Source: Octopus bimaculoides (Eukaryota). From it: DNA of 64,000 bases. Below, one piece after another: positions 1 to 11,010 of the stretch. A program made the translations under genes and the position numbers. Within the stretch, counting starts at the first letter, position 1. Every line of letters begins with the position of its first letter. Under the pieces are notes generated by a model. It was given only the letters and a program-made list of their open reading frames with translations, was not told the DNA's origin and made no database searches. The DNA lies in NCBI RefSeq assembly GCF_001194135.2, contig NC_068986.1:112449512-112513511 (forward strand), read 5' to 3'.

Positions 1-21
1 TATATATATATATATATACAC

Positions 22-55
<34 letters not shown>
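1..55. repeat. (TA)n microsatellite
   Basis: Direct reading of TA repeats with one interruption. Confidence 0.95.
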
Positions 56-57
<2 letters not shown>

Positions 58-431
58 GGGGGATATACAAATAATAACAACAGACGAGGATAGGTGGTGT
101 AAATAACAAAAGTATACATTTATATATATATACACTGTAAAAGAGTAACAAGAATGTTCAGGTAAAGTGTGTTTACCTACGTTGGAGCTGTGGGGACTGT
201 ACCGAACTGGCTGGGTGCCTCAAATAATCTTAATCATATGCACAATTTAATGCACAATATGTGGATTTATCTAATCCTCTGATACTTACACAACAGCTCC
301 TTCAGTGGAAAATGTTACAATCCAATAAACAGTGGAATATTGAAATCTTATGGAGATCAACTGGTGAAATGAATGCACTCTTCTTATATAGCCTGACATT
401 CTTTATTTCATACTAATATATATATATATCG

Positions 432-564
432 TTAGAAAATGGAAAAAACCATAGGTTAACCCACACATCAACTGGACTGCATTTATAGCTTATTTATTAA
501 TACAAAGCTCTAAATATGGTCCAGTCGATATGTTTGAAAATCTATGGTTTTCTATTTTTTCTAA
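432..564. repeat. Degenerate inverted repeat (~60-bp arms, ~13-nt AT loop), MITE-like
   Basis: Left arm ttagaaaatggaaaaaaccatagg...actggactgcatttatagctt aligns to the reverse complement of aagctctaaatatggtccagtcg...ctatggttttctatttttttctaa. Confidence 0.6.
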
Positions 565-739
565 TTATTTGAATTTGTTCCTGATAAACTCTGGTTTATC
601 CTGTTGTTATCTGAACTGTACGTGTATGGTATGCCGGCACACCAACGCCTGGGGATAATACTGTAACGGATACCTATAGTATATACGTATATTTTATCCC
701 TTAGTCTGTTACTATAACCGCTAAACTGCTAACTCTGTT

Positions 740-831
740 TACATACATACATACATGCATACATACATACATACATACACACACATATGTATATGTATGT
801 ATTTATATATTGAGATATCTCTCTCTCTCTG

Positions 832-872
<41 letters not shown>

Positions 873-915
873 ATATATATATAGACATGCATATATATAT
901 GCATGTATACATCTA
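740..915. repeat. Compound (TACA)n/(TC)n/(TATC)n/(TA)n microsatellite
   Basis: Direct reading. Confidence 0.9.
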
Positions 916-1214
916 TTGATATACCTAAACGTATGCACATATGCATACACTGACTCTAAGATTTGGGCTCGACTATTCTTGTATGCGCGAGTATCTTTTC
1001 ATTTTCTCTATTCATGCGTGTTTGGATTTTGCTCATTTGGGTTTATATGTATCAAATATTTGCCTCTTCCTTTTCCAACATCACTAAACTTGCCTTTCCT
1101 ATCTCCATTGCTTAACATTTTGTTGTCATGGCTTTATTCCTCTTCAATTCTCCATTTTTATTTTGTGGAGAATCCTTTCAAATTTCAGCAAAAGGTCTTC
1201 AAATGTTTTGAATG

Positions 1215-1392
1215 TGCGAATATTAGTCGATTAGATCGACGCCAACTGGTGACCGATTTATTTAAACTGGTATTTATATCATTGACCTTGAAAGGATAAA
1301 ATATGAAGTTGAACTCAGTACAGAAATATCCAGATCTTATGCTGCTAAGCATTTTTGTCCGGCACAGTAAGGATGCTGTAAGCTCGCTAACT
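1215..1392 (-). mobile_element. Degenerate tRNA-derived SINE (family A: ggcgagctggcag... head, gactttgcctttcatcctttcggggtcgat body)
   Basis: Similar to the well-preserved copy at 38745-38942 (ctggtatttat...gacc..gaaaggat..., gctaagcattt...ccggcac...aagctcgc). Confidence 0.6.
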
Positions 1393-1739
1393 TTATTTTT
1401 TTAATCATATGTTGATTATACTGTCAGTTGTAGTTTTAAAAATATTACTTTTATTCCGAGGGATTAACTGGCATATCCTTAGAATTGCTTTCGTTATTTC
1501 TTTTGTTTCTTAACGTACTTAGATCAAAATCTGCCAACTTCAGCTTGATCAATTGATTCAGCCAGCAATAGATAACCCTTTCTCCTTCTATAAATATATT
1601 TCTTACCATGTGGCGTTGTTAAAAACAATTATTCAATCGAATCCTACTCTATTCTTGGCTGATATCCTGACAAGATCGTTTCAATATTTCACCCTTCTCC
1701 GCTAGTATCAATTAAGCACTGGACTATATTTCATTTAAA

Positions 1740-1990
1740 GTGAACGCGTGTAGCCTAGTGGTTAAGGTGTAGCAGTCACGATTACAAGTTCGAGGTTTCG
1801 GTTTCTAGACCGGGTGGAGATTTTTGCACTTGGACAAAACACTTCATTTCACGTTGCTCAGTTGCTCTGCGTTGGTCAATGAGTAACAAACATGATGGAC
1901 TGGCGTTCTGTTCACGGGGAGAATGTTATGCTTTCGGTTACTTATATTTCATGGAAACAGGGTAACTGTTCCTATGATTTCTAGGATTCG
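1740..1990 (+). mobile_element. tRNA-derived SINE, family B (CORE-like middle)
   Basis: A-box-like gcctagtggttaagg, B-box-like gtttcggtttc, then cttggacaaaacacttcatttcacgttgctc and gatggactggcgttctgttc. Related copies at 28940, 29380 and 60640. Confidence 0.65.
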
Positions 1991-2904
1991 ATGCAGTACT
2001 TGATTTATTTAACACGAAGCAGAAAAGCTTCAAATTACGTATAACCTTCTCTCTGAATTTAATTCCATGAATATATGTTTTTAATAATCTTTAAAAATCA
2101 CGATCATTTCCGTAGAAGGTAGATCTCGTATCCCGGTAATATGAACATTGCAATAATAATCTCAAATCTATTATTGGTAAAATGACCTTCCATAGACACA
2201 GCAAATATATTTCGACGCTCGAGTTCACATAACGAATATTCCATATAAAATACAAAAAACAAATTTAAAGTATATTATATGCTTATATCCACATACAAAC
2301 AATCGCTTTATTCGAAAGTATTCCATCTATCCTGATTACATGAGGTCATCTAAGAGTTCCATTTTGCATTTTAATTCGATTTAATGAAATTATTAGAATT
2401 TCCCGAGAAAGAAATTTCAATAGCAAGTAATTGATTGCAGTGTAAGATTCAACTTTAATGCAGTGTAAGATTCAAATTGTCCGCCAGTTGCTAGCGTTTT
2501 AGACAGGCAGGATGGCGTTTGACCGAGCCTGAAGATTTAAGTCGCATGAAATTTACGCGACTTGTGACATGACTAAAAGATTTCGATTTATTTCTTGCTA
2601 CTACAGCCTTCATTCTTTATAGAGCATTGAAATATAAAACTACATTAGCAAGAAAATACAACTCTGAGTAATAAAACCAATACAAAATAATACACATAAA
2701 TAATAAAAAACTGAAGTATGTATATTTAACATTTCAATGCTAAAGGGACATCGGAATTTGCCTGTTTCACAAAAAAATGAAGAATTCTAGGGTATATTGG
2801 GGTCTCTGTTAAATGCTATGCTCAAAACTGTGAATTCTCGTCACAACTGAAAAGTATTTTTGCCATAATTACAGTAACTCTTGTATTTACAGGAACACAC
2901 AATC

Positions 2905-2905
2905 G

Positions 2906-2939
<34 letters not shown>

Positions 2940-2964
2940 CGCGTGTACGCATATATGCTTATAC

Positions 2965-3006
<42 letters not shown>

Positions 3007-3021
3007 NNNNNNNNNNNNNNN

Positions 3022-3067
<46 letters not shown>

Positions 3068-3252
3068 AATGGATGGATGGATGAATGGATGGATGGGTGT
3101 ATCTTTGCACACAGAGAAAGCCATACATATGTATAGAATGCTAAACACACAGTCAAATAATTTCCATATATATTAAATTCAAATTATTCCCTTGCAGTCT
3201 TTCATATTTATTCCAATGCAGCATGCAAATATACATAAATGCATATGTTACA

Positions 3253-3295
<43 letters not shown>

Positions 3296-3323
3296 NNNNN
3301 NNNNNNNNNNNNNNNNNNNNNNN

Positions 3324-3387
<64 letters not shown>

Positions 3388-3415
3388 CATATATATATGC
3401 ATACATACAAACAAA
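2905..3415. repeat. (TA)n/(TG)n/(TATG)n/(GGAT)n microsatellite clusters with two N-gaps
   Basis: Direct reading; source of many spurious ORFs. Confidence 0.9.
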
Positions 3416-4656
3416 CACATATATTGTGCATATATGTATATAGGTAGGAGCAAATATATGTACAGTTATAATGTTTAAAAGTTTTCTATTAAATATATCT
3501 ATAAGTTTGATATATAATTATATACATATAATTTTATATGTATAAACATAGAATTCACAGAACTGTCGCATACTACAGTCTCCTCACCGATATTTCCGTG
3601 CGTGTGAGTGAGTGTATAATTACTCTATACCAAAGTATATGTGTTGAAATGGTGTGTTTCTTTCTGTGTACATTCGTATTTTGTATCTGATATTTATAAG
3701 CAGACTTCTGCATTTAAATGGGACACAAAATTATGTGTGTTTATATATTTTATTTTAATCTGCATGGTATATATATACCTATATAGTTAATATACGTATG
3801 GAGCTTAGCATTCTCGCAAGCTTGTATGTATAGGTGAATGTATGTTGTAAAACATCGGGAATATAGAAATATATACATGTTTACAGATGTTCATCCGTAT
3901 AATTAAAATGATTAACACACCTCGATTGCTGTAAGCGCTTGACGACATTCAGGACTTAGACCAGGACTTTTGCTCTGTGAAGCAGTCGAGATGTTATAAA
4001 ACACGTTTAACAAGTGATGGCCACAAGTGTTCTCCGTCAAGGAATCCTTGGTGATGTCACAATATCAGCACAAGCTCGGTCGTGAGTAATTGTAAATTCT
4101 GTGGTCGATGATGTTCAGGAAGTTCATGCAATGTCCATCAAGTTTCATGAAGTAAGAAAGCAGATGAAGATTGGCCATCATTTCTTCCAAAGAATGGGGA
4201 AGTGTAATGCCTTGTGTCGGGTCGAACGTGTTCTGGGGCAATCAACTGCTGTCACGTACTTATAAATGACGGAAACATGTTGGTGAGCTGAGAGAGTCGT
4301 TAGTAGGCCGCGCAAAATATTTAGCGGCACTTACTTAACCCATTCCTCGAAATTGCTGGCCTTGTACCAAAATTTGATGTGATGTAGACGTTCACCAGAT
4401 TTCAGGAATCAATCTATCACAGCCCATGAATGGGTGACATTACCCATCCGGCTCCTCAATCCACTACAGTCCTTCACATCGTAAGTTACACCAAATCAGT
4501 TAAAACCGAGAACTAGTTACTTCTTGTATAAATGCGGATCAATCAAAGGTTTTCTGAATGAATCTTAGTTAGCGATGCTGCGTGGAATCCTTGTATAATG
4601 CGCCTTCCTATTATGACCCAGTGTTCTTAATTCGTTGTTTTGTTTAATGCAATTAC

Positions 4657-4783
4657 ATCGTCTTTGGTTACAATTGTGAAGTTCATTCTTTTCGAAGCGT
4701 TCTCCACTGGGCTCATGGCTGCGACTACCTTTCTAATTTCTACCAGTCTTGGATGCCTTAGGTTCTGCTCTTTCTTCCTGACC
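4657..4783 (-). CDS. Candidate internal exon (127 nt), peptide SGRKEQNLRHPRLVEIRKVVAAMSPVENASKRMNFTIVTKDD; product unknown
   Basis: Minus strand: ...tataatcAG|GTCAGG... open frame ...GACGAT|GTaatt. Non-repetitive and more GC-rich than its flanks. The polypyrimidine tract is weak and no homologue was recognised. Confidence 0.3.
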
Positions 4784-6602
4784 TGATTATAAATATATTT
4801 CTCTAAAAACTATTTATCTTTTTTATGTTTAGTGCATTTATTTCACGTATCTCGATATACAGAGGTTAATACTATATATCCACAACCTTCAATTGTCTAA
4901 TTTAACGATAGTCTGCAACATTTTTCGCTATTTGTTGCCGTCTCCAATAATTATACTTCATAAGATACGATCTTCTGTTGTAGTACAAGCAATCTCCGAT
5001 CTATAGTTTTCTTTTTTTCTTTTTTATACTTTGTTATGAGAAATGTATTCACAAAATACCTAATAATAATTATCCGATTCTGTGTCTGCTAGAAATAGCA
5101 GTTACATCTCGTTTAAAGCGCGCCGCATCTTATTACACAAATAAACATACAATGTTACAAGATGTCTCGATGACTTTGTCACAACCGCTTTGGCGCCGCC
5201 TATTTTGGCGTCGCTGATTCGACGCTGAATTATTTGACATCAAACTTTTTAATGTTTCTCTCTCCCTCCCTCTCAATCTCTCTTCTCTCCCCGTTTGTAT
5301 GTAAGCATCCAGCTACGTTTGTATGTGTGTGTAACGTCTCTGTCTCTCACTCACTCTCTTAACCATTCTCTGATTTTATGTGAATATTTGTGCGCATGTG
5401 TCTCTGTGCCTGAGTGTGTTTGCCTCCAGTGCCTAAAGCTCCTGTCACCAAAATAGTTTCGATATCCAGAGACCCGTGCCGAATCGTCAGTATCCAAACA
5501 TACACAACCCTTCGTTTAATTCCAACATAGTCTCGTGAATATTTCGACCTAAATAAAAGAACGGGAAGCTGATCTTTAGAATCCCTTACGTTTTCCTTCT
5601 AATGTGTGCATTGTGATTGCTGATATAAAAGTAATCGACAAAGTAATTTTCAATAACAGTGATGGTGTAAAAAAATCGTTACTACTCGTAATATGAGACA
5701 AGAATATATTCCAGTAGACTGCACTTGTCATTTGTCATCAGGTAAAATAATCCTGACTGATTTCCTTTTGCTTTTTAAGAACTGGTGAAGATTTCGTCAA
5801 TTACAATTCTATGAAATGTTGACTGAAATGACAAACGTGTCCATTTTGTTTACGAAATCGCTACATCTCTACCTTAAAAAAGTATCTACATGTTCTCCTT
5901 TTAAGTATAAATTCTATATTGTGTTAACAGAGGAGCCTAAAGAGTCAACGAGAATGTCAGTAGCTCCTCTTTTGAGGTGTTAGAAAAAGCGATTGAATTT
6001 TCCTCAAATGCCATCATATCGTTTACATAAAAGAGAAGAAACATTATATAAAATGGTCTTAGTTAAACTGTTTCGCGATATAAATACAGGATAGTCATAT
6101 CTGCGAAATATTCACTGTGTCAATAAACATCAAATAACGAAATTAAATCACTCATCACTGAGAGAAATTTACATTCAACCGGATTGCTAGAAATGCCAGA
6201 ATATCATCAACAGACAACTAAAGGTATTGTAACCTAAACATAGATTAATGTATAATGTAAATGGTAACATATATATGCCTTAGAGTAATTCTAGGGTTAG
6301 CGTTAACTTATTTAAATATGATAAAAAAACAAAACAACCACGTTTAGCACCGAAATAATTTTCCTACGAATATTGATAGCAACGTTGGATCTTTGTGGTT
6401 TTCGTCAATGCTTACAATTTTGTTCCAATTGTATACAAATTTGGTATATGAATTAAGTTTTGTATACTAATTATGAAATTGAAATTCATTTCCCCTATAA
6501 CTCCATAAATAAAAAAGTTATTAGGCCTTAAAATTTGCAAAATTTAGGTATTTTAGCCAGTCATAAGCGAGCATGTTACACATCACCGTGGCGAAAAATT
6601 AT

Positions 6603-6637
6603 GTTTCCATAGTAACCAAAGATGCTGCGCATGCGCA
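6603..6637. promoter_or_regulatory. Adjacent RFX X-box-like (GTTTCCATAGTAAC) and NRF1-like (TGCGCATGCGCA) motifs
   Basis: Matches to the known consensus motifs, 9 nt apart. Function not shown. Confidence 0.3.
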
Positions 6638-7624
6638 CAAGGAGGAGAAGGAAATACGAGAAAGATAATCTACTATAATAATAACGTTGTGGTTTTCTCT
6701 GTCACAACCTATGAATGAGAAAGAAAGGGGTGATATATGAATAAGGAAGAGGTGATGGAAAACTGGTGAGATGGTGAACATTCAATGCTGAAAAGAAAAA
6801 TCAAACAGCGTTTCAACTCCGTGTGAGTATATGTGTGTATGTGTGTGCGTGTACAAGGAAATATGGAAATATGTGAATGTATGTGAACATTAACAAGTGT
6901 ATTATTTTTGACTTTCCATCCATATTTATATATATAAAATAGTACAACTAGCCCTCATTTTTGGTGACACGGGGTCAGCTAGTTTATTTTACAAACTCCT
7001 GAAGTGCATTGCAAACTTTCGTTCTTGAATTTGTTTCAAATAATAAATGTCTTTTTTTTAACAATGTGTTGATGGTTGTTTGTAGCAAATCCTGTTGGTT
7101 TGTTTGTTTGTAGCTTTTGAATATTTAATTTGCTCGCGAATGTTTTGATATTAATTTCATTCGTATATATTTTAATGTTTTGACTGTTATTTCTAGCAAT
7201 GTTCTGACATGCTGATCTCCTCATCCACGATGATGGAAGAAGCAGCGAATGCAGCGATTTCTGATGGGCTGAAAATTCTAAAAATCATCAAACTTTGAAC
7301 ACCTGTAACATTTTTGTAAAAGTTATCGTCCGACTGCCGACGTCCAGAAGTCCAGGAGTCCAGGACTCCAAAAAGTCCAGATCTCTCTCTATGTGGTTTT
7401 TACTTTTGGAGTTACACAAAAGCGGAGGTGTGGAAGACAAAACTTCGCATGCTGATGGACTTGGATATATATATATATATATATACACACACATACATGT
7501 GTGTGAGTGTGTGTGCGCGTGTATGTGGGCGTGCGTATATATCTATACCTGTACACATAGACTTACACACACAAACTATCTCACACACACAAATAAATAT
7601 CTACGTGTATATGTGAGAGTGCTA

Positions 7625-7830
7625 GCGTTTGTCCCCCTTAATCTCTTAGCAACGGGAGTTGGTTTGTTTACGTCCCTGTAACAAACTATTTCGGTATAAG
7701 AAAGCGATATAATATATACCAGGCGTGAAGTATAGTCAATTCTTGTTTCATTTTCGATTTATTCCACAATTTTTTTTCAAAGGCGCTGTCCCAGCATGGT
7801 CGTATTCTACTAAGTGAAACAAATTTAAAA
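7625..7830 (+). mobile_element. Degenerate SINE family C, 3' half
   Basis: gtttgtcccc...gttggtttgtttacgtccctgtaac...aaggcgctgtcccagcatggtcg...gaaacaa matches copies at 23015 and 57495. Confidence 0.55.
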
Positions 7831-8577
7831 GTAAACTATATTACAAAGTTTTATTTCCCGGTAATGCATCCGAAACGCCATCAGATATCATTGGTCTCAT
7901 ATATTATCCTGTTATAATCGTATCACGTGTCACATTATATGCTGTATCGCACGGATAATTCAATAATGACTATCATTAACACGACACTATTGAATTACAA
8001 GCTGAAATATTTAAATAACATTAAACTTCCCTATTACATTTCATTAATTAATTAACTGTAATTAAATAATTGGCTCAGATATGACATGGTTTGTAACAAT
8101 CTGAATTTATTCCAAATGAAACATCACTATATCGTATTAATGATAAAATAGCTGAAACACCATAGCGATGTGTGTAAGTATGTGTGCGTGTATATAGACA
8201 CTCACACAGACAAATAGACAGACACACACACACATTGCGTTGCTGATTTAGATGTTAGGAAACACCGAATCCTGGCATTATAAGAAGCTTTAGTTTTAAC
8301 TCGTTAAAGAGTTTAACCTCAGCTGACTTAGAACCTGGTTTTGACTAATTAAGTGTCGTTGTTACTGGCAATCTGAAATAAATGATGCCAAAATCCCAAT
8401 GTTTGATAGGTTCTAAGACTTTTCTTTCCATTGTGTATTCAAACGCGAAAGGGCAGTTACTAAAATAATTGTACAAGATCCTCGAAATTTGTAGGAGCCA
8501 AAGTGAGCTTAATCTCATAGTTTAGAGATTTAGATAACAGTCTGCATAGACCTTAATTTTAGCAATGTTCACAGGAA

Positions 8578-8650
8578 CAGGCTTGGCTTTCTGGTAAGAA
8601 GTTTGCTTCGAAATCACATGTTTCCAGGTTCAATCCCACTGCATAGCACC
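8578..8650 (+). mobile_element. SINE family C tRNA-like head fragment
   Basis: ggtaagaagtttgctt...cacatgtttccaggttcaatcccactgcatagcacc resembles 46932-47032. Confidence 0.6.
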
Positions 8651-8754
8651 AAACCTGTTCTAGGCCTTACAGAAATACTGATTAGCTAAACCTCTGCATC
8701 TTCTGTCGATGCGAGTACACTTTGCTTACCATTCATTGTTTTTACATAATTTCA

Positions 8755-8903
8755 ACATTATTTACATTATTTACAATTGACAGATATTTGTCCTCATCTT
8801 GTTTGTTATTAACACAACCTTTCCAATGATATATCCTCCAGCCTTCATGAGATGGCATGGGGAAATTTCGAACCTGGGTTCTCATTCCTAAGGTATTTTT
8901 CGA

Positions 8904-8904
<1 letters not shown>
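8755..8904 (-). mobile_element. Hammerhead-element copy 2 (decayed core)
   Basis: Reverse complement atcgaaaaataccttaggaatgagaacccaggttcgaaatttcccc...ctcatgaaggctggaggatatatcattggaaaggttgtgtt...gatgaggacaaatatc aligns to 9732-9912. Core reads CUCAUGA and stem II is broken. Confidence 0.8.
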
Positions 8905-8997
<93 letters not shown>

Positions 8998-9014
8998 GTC
9001 ATTATTATTATTAT
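8905..9014. repeat. (TTA)n microsatellite
   Basis: Direct reading. Confidence 0.95.
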
Positions 9015-9082
9015 GGCATAGTGATTAAGAGCGCGGGCTGCTAAACCCAAGATTCCGAGTTCGATTCCAGGCAGTGACCTGG
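9015..9082 (+). mobile_element. Very short tRNA-derived element (tRNA-Ser(GCU)-like loop) ending in (TAA)n
   Basis: ggcatagtgattaag (A-box/D-arm-like), gggCTGCTAAaccc (anticodon-loop-like), gagttcgattcc (B-box). No matching acceptor stem, so not a real tRNA. Confidence 0.65.
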
Positions 9083-9132
<50 letters not shown>

Positions 9133-9137
<5 letters not shown>

Positions 9138-9672
9138 TGGAATAACAACAGAAAAAATGGTATAAACACACGCCAGAAAAGGTCACAAGAAACGAGAAAG
9201 CAACCATACTCTGGGATATGCCAATACACATAGATAGAGAAATTAAGGCCAATAGACCAGATATAGTTGTCAGAGATCATGAAGGAAAAAAATGCTTTCT
9301 AATTGATGTATCAATACCAGCAGATGACAACGTTTCCCTAAAAGAAATGGAGGAACTTTCCTAATACGAAGACCTGGAAATAGAGGTAACTCGAATGTGG
9401 AATCTAAAACAGAAACAATTCCTATCATAGTAGGTGGCTTAGGTATAGTAAAAAAAATATTCAGACAAATACATAACAAAAACACCAGGACTTACAAATA
9501 TATATAACATACAAAAAACTTGCACTACTGTGCACTGCACACATCCTACGCAAAACACTTTCAATACAGTAACCATAAGAGCATCACAGCAAACCACAGC
9601 ACATACCCAAGGCACACAGAGCTGTGCTCGGTAGTGAAGTAAAAGCACGTTATAAAAATAAAACTACTGAAC
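9133..9672 (+). mobile_element. R4/Dong-type non-LTR retrotransposon 3' fragment (REL endonuclease + 3' UTR), between (TAA)n tracts
   Basis: Translates WYKHTPEKVTRNEKATILWDMPIHIDREIKANRPDIVVRDHEGKKCFLIDVSIP...: PD-(D/E)xK-type motif with a stop and frameshifts. 3' UTR shared with 15419-15720. Confidence 0.85.
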
Positions 9673-9731
<59 letters not shown>

Positions 9732-9733
<2 letters not shown>

Positions 9734-9912
9734 TCGAAAAATACCTAAGGAATGAGAACCTGGGCTCGAAGTTTCCCCAGGACACCTGATGAAGGCTGAC
9801 GGATATGTAGCCGAAACGTTGTGTTATCATCAAAAGAGATGAGGACAAATATCCGTCAAATGTAAATAATCTAAATAATGTATATAATTCCTCATCTCTT
9901 AAATATAGAACT
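9732..9912 (+). mobile_element. Hammerhead-element copy 1 (Penelope-LTR/retrozyme-like, ~180 bp), starting right after (TAA)n
   Basis: Aligns to 8755-8904 (-) and 36958-37125 (+) and contains the hammerhead motif. Confidence 0.8.
9781..9825 (+). ncRNA. Minimal type I hammerhead ribozyme
   Basis: GACAC (stem I 5') - CUGAUGA - extra A - GGCU...AGCC (stem II) - GAA - ACGU (palindromic stem III) - U - GUGUU (stem I 3'). Predicted cleavage after GUU at 9820. Confidence 0.75.
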
Positions 9913-10029
9913 ATAATTTCAACAGCCCCGAATATAAATATGAATAACCTTGTACGGAAGCAATTCCGGAGTAGGCGTAACATTTCATGAAATGTCTGAT
10001 CGTTGAAGTTGGTGATTTTAGATTAATTC

Positions 10030-11010
10030 TTTCACAATACATTTGCAAAGTTGCTATGCAACAAAATCCTCATCACAAGCGGTGCATTCGTGTCCTCCTT
10101 TAACCGCATTCTGAAATCACTTCCTAACAATTTAGATGCCCCTCGTTGTACCCACTTCTTCACAGTCATTTTCACTTGCACTCTGCCATGAAATCTCTTC
10201 TTTGAACCGATCATAAGGAAATTAGTGCATTACTATGGAAACGGAAGCCACTGATCGGACTAATTTGCCGATTGCCTCACTTCTTGCCAAAGATGTTTTC
10301 GTTCGCGTATTGTCTTTGAAAATGGAGATCAATCGCAGATTTTTGTCCGATTCCTTACCTCTGAATTATTTCTTTAAGCTTTTTGCGTGTCTCAGTGTAC
10401 CACTCGATTTTTACGACGCAACTATGTTCCAGAAAATCAAGGACAGTAAAGTCCTTGTCTTACCACAAAACAGATACTATCAGCCTTTTTGATGATCACT
10501 ACCTCTTGAAAATGTTAAGATTTGAAAAGTGTGAAGTCATTCTATGGACCGAGCATTGTAACCTTGATGATAACGACATGGCCACGTTTAATTTCATATA
10601 ACTAAGCAGGACGAAAATGTATCTTGAATTTCTTCAAAAACTAAACGTTTGTCTGTTGCCGAAATGCCTACGTTGAATTACCTTTCGATAGTTAATTTTT
10701 GGTACCATTTTTCCGCAATGCATTGTGATTCTATTCCTGTTGTGTAAGCAAACTCACATACGACTATTCGAATATTCGAATGAATCATTTCGGCCAGTCA
10801 TTGGTGATTCGTGTCTGCCATCGTAGCTGTTGGTCACTCGCAATGTGGTTTTTAACTCAGTCTTCAAAATATTTCGTGTGCCTATCGATCTTCTCAATGA
10901 TGCCATATCTGTAAACATATAACCTTTTGTGATGCATGGCAGGAACAGTACACAACCTTCATCGACAGTTACTGACAGCATCACGATTCTTCTTGGACAC
11001 CATTATTTGC
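10030..11010 (-). mobile_element. Decayed mariner (Tc1/mariner) transposase
   Basis: Minus-strand pieces AEKWYQKLT (WVPxxL-like), RLIVSVLW*DKDFTVLDFLEHSCVVKIEWYTETRKKLKEII, KDNTR (HDNAR-like), VKMTVKKW and ECTACDEDFVA* follow mariner motif order, with stops and frameshifts. Confidence 0.75.

Noticed and set aside
916-1299. 127-aa hydrophobic ORF
   Set aside because: T-rich low-complexity sequence running into an antisense SINE; no domain or splice support.
2822-3478. Many overlapping ORFs rich in YI/HT/CV repeats (same for clusters at 13.3-14.3, 25-26.8, 41.7-44.1, 46, 51, 52.5-57.7 and 62.6-63.5 kb)
   Set aside because: They are translations of dinucleotide microsatellites and N-gaps, not genes.
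5462-5491. Minus-strand CUGACGA...GAAA resembling a hammerhead core (also CUGAAGA...GAAA at about 55381-55409)
   Set aside because: No stem II closing the core and no stem I or III pairing could be drawn.
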